64,000 nucleotides of DNA from Heterodontus francisci (taxonomy: Eukaryota), in the NCBI RefSeq assembly GCF_036365525.1, contig NC_090400.1, forward strand, positions 28,633,353 through 28,697,352. Direction: 5' to 3'. Under the pieces are notes generated by a model. That model was not told where the DNA came from. It worked only from the letters and a program-made list of their open reading frames with translations, and ran no database searches. Within the stretch, counting starts at the first letter, position 1, and every line of letters begins with the position of its first letter. Position numbers and translations under genes: made by a program. Below are positions 48,685 to 61,169 of the stretch, piece by piece.

Positions 48685-50568
48685 CGGTGATATTGTCAAT
48701 GAAAATTAGGAAGTGGCAGACATGCTGAATAATTACTTGCATCAGTATTTACAGTAGAGTAAGAGCTCAGTATGCCTGATATCCCAAGGAAATTAATATA
48801 GAATCAGGGACTCACCAAAATTAACACAAGAAAAATAATAGTAACGAAGAAAGTAATGGTAGGAAAGACTGTCAGATCCCCAGGACCAGATGGCTTCCAT
48901 CTGAGTGTTTTAAAGGAAGTAGGTGAAAACATTGCAGATAAATCATCCAATATGGTTCTCGATTCAGGAACTCTTCCATTAGATTGGAAAATTGCACATG
49001 TCACTCCCCTATTTAAAAAGGTGACAGAGGGAAACCAGGCAATTATTGACCAGTTAGCCTAACATCTGTTGCCAGGAAATTAATAGAGTCATTAATTAAG
49101 GATAGGGTGATTGAACACACTAAAAGTTTTTAGCTGATCAGAGAGAGCCGACATGGACTTGTAAAGGGTCGGTCATGTCTGAGAAATCTGTTTGAATTTT
49201 TTGCACAGGTGACTGAAGTAGTGGACAGTGAAATGTCTCTGGATGTTACTTATATGGACTTCTGGAAGGCTTTTGATAAAGTCTACCATAAGAGACTATT
49301 AGCTAAAGTTCAAGCTCATGGAATTGAATGCAAATTATTGACCTGCTTAGGAAATTGGTTGAATGTAGGAGATAGAGAATAGGGATAATGGGCAGGTATT
49401 CTAATTGGCAGGTTGTGACTGTTGATTGTATATTCATTGTGTTTAATCATAGGAAGATGGTGGACATTAACTGATGATTCACTTGTGCGCCTATAAATAG
49501 GCACAGACTAAAACTCTGGATTAGGAGGTGCATGCTTGTAATGTATAACTCTGTAAATAAATGGTTATAAAAGTGTATAAAGATTGGCTGCAGCTCTATC
49601 TTTCACCAGTTGCTTTCTGAAGTATAACAATGACTATCGATGTGCTGCAAGAATCTGTATTGGGGTGTCAACTATTCACCGCATTTATTAATCACTTGGA
49701 TTCGTGACTTTCTATCCCATCATCTAACTTTACCAATGACACAAAAATGGGGGCAAATAGTATTGATGGAAGCATAAAAATAAAAAGAGATATTAATAGA
49801 TTAAGTTGATGGGCAGAACTGTGGCAAATGGATTTCAATGTGAGGGCATCCATTTTGGACCTTAAAAGGACAGGACAAAGTAGTTTCTAATGGTAAAAAG
49901 CTAGAAACAGTGGAGGTCCATAGAGACTTGGGGTTCAGGTACATAAATCAGTAAAATTTCATTAACAGGTATAGAAAATAATCAAATAGGTTAATGGAAT
50001 GCTGGCCTTTATATCTAGAGGATTAGAATACAAGAGGGTAGAAATTATGTTACAGCTACACAAAGCCCTAGTTAAACCACATCTGGGGTACTGTAAGCAG
50101 TCTGGGCACCATACATTAGAAAGGATACATTGGCTTGGAGGAAGTGCAGCATAGATTTACCAGAATGATACCTAGACTGCAAGGCTTAAATTACGAGGAG
50201 AGATTACACAAATTAGGGTGGTATTCCTTGGAATTTGGAAGTCTAAAGGCTGGTTTGATTGAAATTTTCAAGATATTAAGCGAACAGATAGTGTAGATAG
50301 AGAGAAACTATTTTCTCTGGCTGGGGAGTCCAGGACTCGGGGAGGGGGGGGTGGGGATTGGTGGCTCATCGTCTAAATATTAGAGCCAGACCTTTCAGGA
50401 GTAAAATTAGGAAAGACTTCTATAAGCAAAGGATTGTAGAAGTTTGGAACTCTCTTCTGCAAATGGCAATTGATGCTAGATCAATTGCTAATTTTAAATC
50501 TGAGATTGATTGATACGATTTTTGGCAACCAGAGGTATTAAGGGATATGGGGCAAAGGCAGGTATATT
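48685..50568 (+). mobile_element. Decayed CR1 ORF2 and 3' end
   Basis: SPGPDGFHLSVLKEV, WKIAHVTPLFKK, DFWKAFDKV, FTNDTK; tail continues briefly after 51374. Confidence 0.9.
49420..49629 (+). mobile_element. Short solo LTR (210 bp) nested in CR1
   Basis: TGTT...AACA termini; GTGAC/ATGAC 5-bp TSD with one mismatch; CTATAAATAG at 49491; AATAAA at about 49556. Confidence 0.85.
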
Positions 50569-51374
50569 GAGCTGAATTTTAAAGCCCCTCTGCCATTGGG
50601 AATTTTGGTGGGGGGCAATGAAGATTGGCGCAGTGTAGGCCCGCCACCAATCCCGACGGTGACAGGCCCCATGCTGATCTTGGCGGCAGCGAGGCCTTGT
50701 GGCAGCTACCCCGCCGCTCGCCGACGGGACCCCCATCTCAATATATAAACTAATTTACATACCTGATTTAATGAGGGTCCCACCGCCTCCTTAATTGCTG
50801 TACTGATCATCATTTTGGTGGCCGACCATGCCACGCCTTCGAATCCCCATTCGGTGAAACGTGGCGCGACATCTTTGGTGAGGGGGAGGAGGATTGTTTC
50901 TCTGTGTAGCGGGGGTGGGGTGGGGTGACATCGCTACGGATTGGTCAGAGGGGGTGATGAGAAGGGGTAAAGTGCAAAGGCAGGGAGGGTGAAAGATCAA
51001 ATTCTTAATGAATAAATTCCAGGGAGGAAAAAGGCAGGAATGTTTAGAAATGCCATTGGGAGTATGGGAAAATGAATTTAATGGTATTTTAATTCTGTTT
51101 TTTGGTAATTGAACTGACTTAGCCTTTTAATTTTTAAATCTACATTGAAGGGCTGTAAGCCCTTTAAAAATGGTGCTGGCGCATTGGCGCTGGATGCTGT
51201 TTCCGGCGATGGCCCGCCCACCCCCTCCATGTTATCGCGGGGCGGGCGCCACGGCCATGCAAATTAGCCGCCATGTTTGAAATAGCGGCTCCATAACATG
51301 GTGCCCGCGTGCACGGGCCACATTTTTTTTACGCCCGCCGCCTACTTCAGCGGCGGACTCTTAAAATGCAGCCC
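50569..51374. mobile_element. Harbinger/PIF-type MITE
   Basis: TIRs GAGCTGAATTTTAA / GGGCTGCATTTTAA (12/14); 3-bp flanks ATT/ATG; interrupts a CR1 3' UTR; CpG-rich. Confidence 0.75.
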
Positions 51375-53704
51375 ATGGTTTTAGGTTGTGGATCAGTGAA
51401 CAATTCTTGTATCACCAATATTCTCAAAGCATAGACTGAAATTCCACTCATCATGAGGTTGTTCCATACTTAATGCTTCATTAAAAATATTTAAATTATG
51501 TTTTTGGTTCTCACATTGTCATCTCAGTTAACTGGTGTTATCCTGTGTACCTTAAAGACTTGGGTTGAACAGTTCTAGAAACTGACAGAATAAACAGCTC
51601 GAGAAATTGACAGAATACCCCTTTTGCTGCTGGTTCCTTAGAGGTGCTGAAAGAGGTGTAAATAAAAACGGATCCATTGAGGGGATCAAGTGCCTTCCAA
51701 AACTAAAGTAATGTGAAATGTGAGATTATGTTCATTTTAGTTATGTTAAAAAGCAGAGAATCTTGTTGCTTTATTGGGTGAACTATGAGACGAATATGAG
51801 TATTCTGTATGTACTTCTGTCCAGCCAGTGAGAAGTGTGGGTAGTGCTGTCTGTACACCTACCATATCAGAATCAGTAGGCAGCACAAATATACATTACC
51901 TGGTCCAACACTAGTGGCCGTCTGGAGTGTGCGTATGTCTTGGGTATGATCAGATGTCTAGGCCCATCTTGCTCTTATAATTAATTGATTCATCAATCAA
52001 TCCAGAAATTCTTCTTAAATTATTTAATTTGAATAAGCCAAGACAAGATAGAACACAGTAGATTTAAAAATAACAAAGGAAAATGTATTGTATTATTGAT
52101 GGCTAGATCTGTAGATATTACATCTGTACTATTAATCCCAGAGAAGATCTTTAATGTTGCATTGACAACTGGGAAGCAATCTCATGGATGACAGCAAAGG
52201 AAATATAAAGTCTGCTTCAAAGTGACTCAAAGAATGCAAAATAGAGGTGGGAACAGATTGCTGAAGATAAGAAAAAATGGCGAGAAGCCATCCATGAAGG
52301 CAGCTCCTACCATGAGATCCATTGCTTGCTGATGCTGAAAGTAAATGTCAGCCGAGGAAGCGTCACCTGAATAGTGAAGTATTGCAGCCCGGTGTGTCCA
52401 TGATGCACATTCACTGTGGAGGCTCAAACTGAACAAAAATCAGTTATCAAAAAATTAAGTGCAGATAATGAGATTATATTTTGTCTGTCTTCAATGTTTA
52501 TTCATCCATCGACAAACAACAGTTAGTACTGTCAAGCCAGTCTGAGGCTGTTGACCTTATCTGTTATGTGGCTACAGAACAAAAAGGGTCCAAGTTCACT
52601 ACTTATCCTATCTACACCACCAAGTTTGGTGCTGGAAGGAATCTGGCAACTTCAATAATTTGCCCTTAATTTGACTGTGAAATTCATGCAGTGATCCCCT
52701 CTGGACATTGGTGAAACCAACTACACAATATTCAGATTCAAATAGCTTTGAACCTCCTTTCATCTTAAAGTAGTTTCTAGAAAGACCCCGGTAACATTTT
52801 CAGCTGGAGGCTAAGGACAGGGTCTGATTATTCAGTAATGTATTTCTCACGCACTCATTCCCTCATTAGCATTTATTCAGCAATGAAAGAAATTGCAGAC
52901 AGTAAAATTTACAGCTCTGATCTCCCTGCTGATTCAGGGCAGTGCGAACAGGAACAATCTACATTGCTGGTAGACTTGACAGCATTTTAGTGTCAGGACC
53001 AAAAGTGCCTGTAGTAAAACCAAGATTTAGATCACTGGAGCACACTGCAGCTGAAGAATGAGATTCCAGTTTGTAAATTAGACAGGCCGAGCTTCATAGT
53101 AATTTCATGTTATATTCAAAGTTAGCTTTTTGAGTCCATCTGTTTCATTAATACCACACTTGGGCCTAAATATTTGAATACAATCCAAGGGTGAGGAACC
53201 TGCCACCAGCGAATTTTGGATCCCGGGGATGCCAAATGGATGGTGAATCTTAGCCAACACACAAATTTAAATCTTTAAATACCCAGTCTTCTGGAATTTA
53301 TCATTTTTATTTTATATTGGAGAAAAATTCATCTTACCTCCTGAGATTGGTGCTGAATCCTTCAGTCTATACATCTCTAGATATCTAATTCATATTTTCT
53401 GCAAAGACATTCAGTTAATAACTCAATTTAACATACGTAAGGACTGATTTGTCATCCGCTATGCCAGTTGCGCAGGTGCACAACAAGGGGATTGGAAAAT
53501 CGGGCAAATAGACATTGAGCATGTTTGGTTTCCAATTCATTGCGACTGGCTACATTCTGTGCACTACAGTGTGTGCAAACTGCTTGTGCCAGGCATTTAA
53601 AGCTCCAGAATGCATGCAAGAATACTTAAATGAATAATTGTCTTAATTTAGATCTGTGCGGGATCACTGAGTGACAGCAGGAAAGAATCGCGTAGATTTT
53701 CCCA

Positions 53705-54370
53705 GACCTGTACTGCTGTCAATTCTGTTTTAGAATTATGAGGCATAATATGGGCATCTTGGTGTCTAAAATGGCAGGGTGGCATGCAGGTGCACATTCT
53801 GTGTTGAAAGTGCACCACCCGCCATATTGGCAAAGGCTCGTTCATAGGCGTCCAGGGCTTGCACCTGAAACAGGTGTTGACCCATTGCATATGCAAATAG
53901 GGGGCCTAACGCATATTTCAGGCTTACTTGGCAAAATTCATTTGTGACTGAGTGCAGAATGCACCGCCAGTATTCTCAGGCAACTGTCAGTCATCCAATG
54001 GTCCTTAAAGGTCAGTTGTAATCTTTATACTTACCACATTAATTTCATGGGCAGTTGCCGAACACTGCATCCCCCCCCCCCCCCCCCCCCACGCATCCCT
54101 CCCCCCGCAACACCCCCCTTCTCAACTCCCGCCTTCAATCCCGCTCCCCACAGATTTGCTTTCTCCCACACAGCCCAGATTCTGCTTACCATCTTGGCTG
54201 GCGCTGGATGCTCTTCCTACTTTCTGCAACCTGTGACTTGTCTCTGGGGCAGTGATAATAAACATATGAGACTAGTGGATAAAGTCCCGGTGGTCCTATC
54301 ACCCACCCCAATGGTGTTTTCAGCAGCAGGATTACATCTTGATTTGGGAGTGATCCAATTTCTAGTCTTA
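53705..54370. mobile_element. Probable Harbinger-type MITE remnant
   Basis: TAGAATT...AATTTCTAGTC ends; AAAATGGCAGG / CCGCCATATTG and TTGCATATGCAA internal palindromes. Confidence 0.4.
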
Positions 54371-54547
54371 TGATTTCAATGGGTAGAAAGTCATAGGCAA
54401 TGTGCACACCATTTTCTGATATGTGCTGTTGGGGACAATATTCAAAATCTGTTGGAATGAGTTTTTTTGCCAGGAGAAAACGAATGAGTGATTTTCACAT
54501 AACCTGGAGCTGGAGGTGATTGCAATTTTGTAACTGTGCTGATGTCT

Positions 54548-55520
54548 ACATAGAAACATAGAAAAATAGGGGCAGGAGTAGGCCATTCGGCCCTTCGAGC
54601 CTGCACCACCATTCAATACGATCATGGCTGATCATCCAAACTCAGTACCCTGTTCCCGCTTTCTCCCTGTATCCCTTTAGCCCTAAGAACTATATCTAAC
54701 TCTTTCTTAAATATATTTAATGATTTGGCCTCAACTGCTTTCTGTGGTAGAGAATTCCACAGGTTCACCACTCTCTGGGTGAAGAAATCCCTCCTCATCT
54801 CAGTCCTTAATGGCTTACCCTTTATCCTTAGACTGTGACCCCTGGTCCTGGACTCCCCCGCCATCAGGAACATCCTTCCCGCATCTAGTCTGTCCAGTCC
54901 TGTTAGAATTTTGTAGGTTTCTATGAGATCCCCTCTCATTCTTCTAAACTCTAGCGAATACAAGCCTAATTGACCCAATCTCTCTTCATACGTCAGTCCT
55001 GCCATCCCAGGAATCAGTCTGGTGAATTTTTGCTGCACTCTCTCCATAGCAAGAACATCCATCCTCAGATAAGGAAACCAAAACTGCACACAGTACTCCA
55101 GATGTGGTCTCACCAAGGCCTTGTATAATTGCAGCAAAACATCCTTGCTCCTGTACTCGAATTCTCTCGCTATGAAGGCCAACATACCATTTGCCTTCTT
55201 AACTGCCTGCATGTTTACTTTCAGCGACTGGTGCACAAGGACACCCAGGTCTCACTGCACCTCCCCTTTCCCAATCTATCGCCGTTCAGATAATAATCTG
55301 CCTTTCTGTTTTTGCCACCAAAATGGATAACCTCACGTTTATCCACATTATACTGCATCTGCCATGTATTTTCCCACTCACTCAACCTGTCCAAATCATG
55401 CTGGAGCTTCTCTGAATCCTTCTCACAGCTCACACTCCCACCCAACTTTGTGCCATCTGCAAACTTGGATATATTACATTTAATTCCCTCATCTATATCA
55501 TTAATATATATTGTGAATAA
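54548..55520 (-). mobile_element. CR1 3' fragment, same family as 9551-11484
   Basis: ORF 54622-55236: KKANGMLAFI, RPHLEYCVQFW, FFTQRVVNLWNSLP; TTTCTATG tail. Confidence 0.95.
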
Positions 55521-55737
55521 TTTATGTAAGGCTGTGTGACGATGGTCTTGATGTTTTCAAATGAAATAGGTTAACTGTCAAATGAACAACTAGATTTTGC
55601 TGACGTCCTGTTTGAATTGAAGGAGTAGTTAAGCAAGCCAAATGAATTCCTCAGTAAGTTTTCAGGTAAGGTCTTCAGGTGTAAAGTAAGTTTTTGTTAG
55701 AGAGACTTCTGGAGCTGTGAGGCTGACTGAGAGTACT

Positions 55738-56293
55738 ACATAGTATGTGCAGCACAGAAACAGGCCATTTGGTCCAACACATCCATGCAGGTGTTTGTGC
55801 TCCACACACGACTCCTCCCATCCGTCACTAAAAACAACAACTTGCATTTATATATCATCTTTAATATAGTAAGACATCCCAAGGTGCGTCACTGGAATGT
55901 TGTCAAACTAAATTTGACACCGAGCCATATGAGACATTAGGACCGGTGACCAAAAACTTGGTCAAAGAGGTAGGTCTTAAGGAGTGTCTTAAAGGAGGAA
56001 AGAGAGGTAGAGCGGCGAGAGGTTTAGGGAAGGAATTCCAGAGCTTAGAGCCTTGACAGCTGAAGGCATGGCCGCCAATGGTGGAGCGATTAAAATCGGT
56101 GATGCTCAAGAGGCTAGAATTGGAGGAATGCAGTGTTCTTGGAGGGTTGTAGAGCTGGAGGAGATTACAGAAATGGGCAAGGCCAAGGAGAGATTTGAAA
56201 ACAAGGATGAGAATTTTAAAACCTTATAACCCTATCAGCATTATCTATTAGTTTCTCCCTCATGTGTTTATCTGGCTTCCCCTTAAATGCATC
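55738..56293 (-). mobile_element. CR1 3' end with nested L2 3' fragment (55830-56222)
   Basis: AGCACAGAAACAGGCC tail resumes at 56222 and ends CCCTTAAATGCATC; L2 AACAACAACTTGCATTTATAT tail. Confidence 0.8.
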
Positions 56294-56440
56294 CCAGAAC
56301 TAACAGGTACGGGAAGCAGCAGCCACATTCGTGAATGAAGGAATAATGCACTTTGATGTCAACAATCGCATTCTCTGCCTTTACATCTTCATTTGTACCT
56401 GCTGTACTCAAAGCCAAATGTCAGTTTCTGAAAGAGATCA

Positions 56441-56675
56441 CAGTATTTAAAGAGTTGATAGGGTAACTATGGGGAAACTATTACCTCTGGTGAGGGAATC
56501 AGAACAATTAGACTTAAAATTAGACTTAGGTCATTTACACATGGATTCAGGAAGCACTTAACACAAAGTGTATTAGAAATCTGGAACTCTCCCCTGGAAA
56601 AGCTGTTGAAGCTAAATTAATCAAAAATTTCAAAATTGAGATTGATGGATTTCTGTTAGGCAAGGGATATGGAAT
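56441..56675 (+). mobile_element. Old CR1 3' fragment
   Basis: GAAACTATTACCTCTGG...CTGGAACTCTCCCC...AATTGAGATTGATGGATTT. Confidence 0.7.
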
Positions 56676-57618
56676 CAAGGTAATATGTTGATTAGAATGC
56701 GTGAGGTGGCACGTGATACATTTCTATAGGGAAAAGTGTTAAAAGAAAAAGGTAACTGGATGAGCAGTAAAGAGATAGAATTGAGCGTTGCTGAAGAAAT
56801 CAAATACAGTAGTAGAAAATACTTCCATATTATAACAAGAGGGCTAGCAAAGTGGAATTGAGATTCCTTAAAGATGCAAATAGGATTGAACAAAAAAAGG
56901 TTAAAGTATTGAATTGCTATTGCCTGGAAATATTCACGAGAGAAAATATTTTATTGACATCCCTCTCTTCATGGGATGATCTACAATTAACTTGCTATCG
57001 CTAACAGAGATGTTATCCATTTTGGTGGCAAAAACAGAAAGGCAGATTATTATTCAAGGCTCAAAACTAATAAATCCTCAGGGAGAGATACTCAATAGTG
57101 CTCAATGAAGCTAGGTAGAAGATCTATGAAGTGCTGGCAATACATCATGAGGGAGTCAGTGGGCATGATAATGAGCTCTTGGTGTAGTAGGGCTGGGACT
57201 GCTGCTTATCCAAGGCTATGATCCCCGTGTCCAAATTTCATTTTTTTTCTGGGTGCTGCCAGCAGAATGAGTTACATTTGATGGTTTTCATTTTAAAATT
57301 GAGTTTGCACCTGTTTTCAATTCTCTTTGAAGCCATGACCTGCAACTGTGGAGACAGAGAGGAGTTTAGTTGTTAATGAGGCAGATATTGAAAAACCCCT
57401 GTGAAGTTATAGATCATCAGGGGTACACGAGGTGATAAATTTACAGATCCCATATTCAAACCCTTAATGGCTGTTAATGCTGCATTTCCCATGAAAATTG
57501 ACCCCTGTGTCTTACCTTCCTGCGTCTTGAGAGTATCTTCACTGACTCTGACATTTTGGTACTTTTTGACATCATGCCGAAGATGATGAGGAAGTGGTAC
57601 TGATAGTTTTATTCGGCC

Positions 57619-57725
57619 AAAAGCAAAATAATGCAGATGCTGGAAATCTGAAATAAAAACAGAAAATGCTGAGTATGTGGAGAGAGAAACAGAGTTAACG
57701 CTTCCGATAGATAACCTTTCATCAT
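57619..57725 (-). mobile_element. Decayed Penelope 3' tail
   Basis: AAAAGCAAAATAATGCAGATGCTGGAAATCTGAAATAAAAACAGAAAATGCTG...ACAGAGTTAACG...CCTTTCATCA. Confidence 0.75.
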
Positions 57726-57749
57726 ATTGCTTGAGCATTTGGTTAGCCT

Positions 57750-58460
57750 TAGGGTTCTCAACTCTGGTAGGACTGATTCCTGGAGGTTACATGACCTTAA
57801 ATGCATCCCAGAATATTGGAGGGTGAGAAACATTGCACCCAGTTTTGAGAAAGAGGATCTGGATAAAGGTCACTTAGTTTTAACTGCAGTGTGGATAAGC
57901 ATTGAGAGGCCCACCTTGCACTCCTTGTCTGCCTGATTTTGGGCATATCTGAGGTAGATGGGTCAGAACGTGAGAGAGTGATCTGCTCTTTTTCCAGAAC
58001 TAATGGGTTCCAGAACCAGCAGCCACATTTGTGAATGAAGGAATAATGCACTTTGATGTCATGAGTTACATTTTCTGCCATTACGTCTTCATTAATATTT
58101 GCTGTACTAAATGCCAAATGTCAGCTTCTGAAATAGATCAGCCCCAACAGCCCCGCCCCATCCTCTTGTCATTGGTCACCTGATACATCCATCATTGTAG
58201 CACATCACCTTCCCACACTAAATGTAAAGTGAACAGACCCTATCACCCGATTGGATGATTCTTAACTGTTAGTCAAACTGTCTTTACCTCTATCTCTAAT
58301 ATTTTCCTAACTAATAAACAAAAGTATTCAAAGAAAATGAAGAGAAAAGCACAATTTAATAAATATCTTCCTGATTCTTCTCCAGAAATACGCACAGCAG
58401 TGTCCTTGAGGTTATTCTTCAATTCCTGTGGACTGCAATGCTGGAGATTTTCCAACCCGA
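57750..58460. mobile_element. Possible old hAT-like MITE containing a 340-bp insertion
   Basis: TAGGGTTCTCAAC ... TTCCAACCCGA degenerate ends; no TSD recovered. Confidence 0.4.
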
Positions 58461-59538
58461 CCACATGGGTCCCTGTGGCCAGTGTTTGGGTGGAACATTT
58501 TGGTTATATGGCTCAATAAGTGGGGTGATTTTTCCATTCCATTTCAGCCTGTCAGCTGCCAGAAACTCCATAATCTGGGTGGGTGGACGGGGTAGTGGGG
58601 GTTGAGGGGTGGGGTGGGGGTGGGGAAATGTGTTGTCCGCAACCTGGAGAACTCCTTAATCAGGAGGTCAATCCCAAAATAATTTCCAAGATTAAAAAAA
58701 AATTCCGCCTTTGTGGATCGGAGCCATTTCTCTGTCCTTGACTCCTATGATAGGGCTCACGTTGCTTCTCTGGAAGCTAGGTTGCCTCACTGCATTAAGC
58801 ATACCAGCCTCCAGACCAATGCCAAGTCCTATATGGGCTGGGGAGTTAGGAACTCTCCACATAGGGAATCCCCCACCCACCATGTTTGGGCAAAGGCCCC
58901 ATCTCCTACAAGGCCAAGTGGGAAATCCTAGTTTACGTCAGAACCTGTCCTGTCTGAGTTCCACAAGACAATGGAAGTCCAATTCAACAGCTGACCAAAT
59001 TTGGCCTATATGGAGAATATTTCAAGTCGGGGGACACTCCAGATTGATGCTGTCTGCAACTGATGTCTACAGACAACTTACCATTCCCAGCAGAGGTCAC
59101 ACTGGATGGGAATCACAATGTGAAACTGGCTGTTTTTTCTCCTCCCTCGCTCAGGTCAATAACAGTGCTTCCACTGAGATTAGTGAGACCAGGAAATGAA
59201 GCTGGGGCTTTCTGTCCGTGCTGCCTAAGATCTGTTTTACTCATTTATTGATAAAGATGGAATAAGCTGGTCTGTTGTATTTTTCAGAGTTTATTTTTTG
59301 TCATGACTGACAGTAATTTTGTTTAATGAAGTCATAAATTATTTTAATGGCGACCTCCTGGGAAAAATCCTGTGTGCGCGATAATGAAATCATAAAGCCA
59401 TCTATCAAGAAATAGTTTAGAATTTTGTTAAGTATAAGTGCACAGAGGAAAGCTTCCTCACTCTGTTGGATTACAAGTTCCATAAGCAGATCAGGGGTTA
59501 ATTTTAATCTAACTCATTCAGCGAAAAGCAAAGCACAG

Positions 59539-59962
59539 TAGAGGCCTGCTCAGGTCGGGGGAAAAAAGAACCCGACCCGAACCCAACCGAACCACAGTGG
59601 ATCCGGGCCCGACCCGGCCCGAGTCCCTCCGATTTTGCCCCAGGCCCGACCTGACCCGAGCCCGATCCGACTATCCCTTTACTTACCTTCTGACTGGGAA
59701 GCTCCACGAAGCTGCAGCGCATGCGTGATGACGTCATAGAGAAGTCACTCGCTCACTGTGCAGACTCAATTTCGTCCCGGACTCCCAGCTCAGGTAAGTT
59801 TTAAAAAAAAATTTCAATACTTACCAGCAGAGTACTTACCGTGTGTGTCCGGCCCAACCCGACCTGACTCGGCCTGGACTTGGCCCGACCCGAACCGACC
59901 CGACCCGAACCCGACACAAGTCCTCGGGTCCCTTTGGGTTCGGGTCGGGTAGCAGGCCTCTA
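59539..59962. mobile_element. hAT-superfamily MITE, 424 bp
   Basis: Perfect 12-bp TIR TAGAGGCCTGCT/AGCAGGCCTCTA; perfect 8-bp TSD AAGCACAG (59531-38 and 59963-70); subterminal CCCGA arrays. Confidence 0.95.
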
Positions 59963-60131
59963 AAGCACAGGTGATCTGGTCATTATGGTGTGTGGCACCT
60001 GGCTGTGCGCTACCTCTTTCCTACATTACAACAGTGACTTCACTTCAAAAGTATTTTATTGGCTGAAAAACCCTTTGGGTCATCCTGAGGTTGTGAAAGA
60101 CACTATATAAATGCAAGTACGTTCTTTCTTT
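59963..60131 (+). mobile_element. Deu-type SINE 3' tail
   Basis: GATCTGGTCATTAT...TTTCCTACATTACAACAGTGACT..CACTTCAAAAGTA...GTGAAAGACACTATATAAATGCAAGT..TTCTTTCTTT. Confidence 0.75.
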
Positions 60132-60171
60132 ACCAGATTGGAACTGTTATTTTTTTCACATATATTAACAG

Positions 60172-60315
60172 AAATAAGAGAAGCCTTTCGAGTTTTGGAT
60201 CGTGATGGCAATGGATTCATTTCAAAGCAAGAGCTGGGCATGGCCATGAGGTCCCTGGGTTACATGCCCAGTGAGGTGGAACTTGCAATCATCATGCAGC
60301 GACTCGATATGGATG
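60172..60315 (+). CDS. CALN1: Calneuron-1 EF-hand exon (EF1 and start of EF2)
   Basis: (E)IREAFRVLDRDGNGFISKQELGMAMRSLGYMPSEVELAIIMQRLDMD(G) matches CALN1. Acceptor AG 60170-71 is phase 1, compatible with the 23147 donor; donor G|GTGAG. Confidence 0.97.
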
Positions 60316-60499
60316 GTGAGAACACATTTATCATGTTGCTGTGTGTGTGCAGTGTGATTAATGTTCCTGATTTTTAAACCATGGTCCTTAAATATTTATT
60401 TAGAGGTTATTTAATTGCACGTTACTGGAATACTAAAGACCAATTGACCGAATAATATCCATCTGACTTTAGCTGTGTTTGATAGAGGATTATATCTTT

Positions 60500-60922
60500 T
60501 ATGATGGAGGGAGTGCAGATGTAATAGATTGCTACCTGGACTCCAAGGGTTAAATTACAAAGCAAGATTACACAAACTAGGGTTTATTTCAAGATATTAA
60601 AGGGAGCTGAGAGGGTAGATAGAGAGAAACTATTACTGCTGGTTGGGGACTCTAGTACTAGGGGGCATAGCCTAAAAATTAGGGCCAGACCTTTCAGGAG
60701 TGAAGGTCGGATTCCCTTCTACACTCAAAGGTAGTGAAAGCTTGAAACTTTCTTCCACAAATGGCAATTGATGCTAGATCAATTGTTAATTTTTAATCTG
60801 AGCTTTCTACATTTTTGTTAATCAAAGGAGTATATATGTTATATGGAGTTCGGTTGTAGATCAGCGATGATCTTACTGAATGGTGGAACAAGCTTGTAGG
60901 GCTAAATGGCCTCCTCTTGTTC
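60500..60922 (+). mobile_element. CR1 3' fragment
   Basis: Colinear with 50140-50560 (GGGTAGATAGAGAGAAACTATT..., AATGGCAATTGATGCTAGATCAATTG). Confidence 0.85.
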
Positions 60923-61169
60923 TTAAGCCACCTTGACAATAAAGGGAATTTAAATAAGCTTTCTGACAGCCCCCTCTGATGCTGGCATTTCCTTGGGAAT
61001 TGCTGTTGCTGCATGGAGCTAAGGGATGAAGAGTTTTACAGACATGACCAGAGATGGGTGCTTCTGTAGTGATGGAGGGCTGAATAGACATATGTCTACC
61101 CAAAGAGCTTGGTGCAGAGACAATGTCAGTTACCTGGACATGTCTGAGGATCATTAGCAGCAATATTGC

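Larger units (their letters stand above)
56294..58140 (+). repeat. Direct repeat pair of 147 bp (56294-56440 and 57994-58140)
   Basis: Ungapped hand alignment 124/147 identical, offset 1700 bp. Confidence 0.9.

Noticed and set aside
56294-56443. Duplicated snoRNA or duplicated coding exon
   Set aside because: No proper C/D or H box; differences between copies are mostly non-synonymous in the one open frame.
59211-59228. REST/NRSE-like CTGTCCGTGCTGCC
   Set aside because: Several core mismatches, and it lies in a probable decayed SINE.
59565-59950. CCCGA arrays as a CRISPR or iteron array
   Set aside because: They are subterminal repeats of a hAT MITE in eukaryotic DNA; there are no spacers.
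23030-60315. CABP7 or calmodulin assignment
   Set aside because: GLLYKGNYL, RVLDRDGNG, GMAMRSLGYMPSEVELAIIMQ are CALN1-specific residues.
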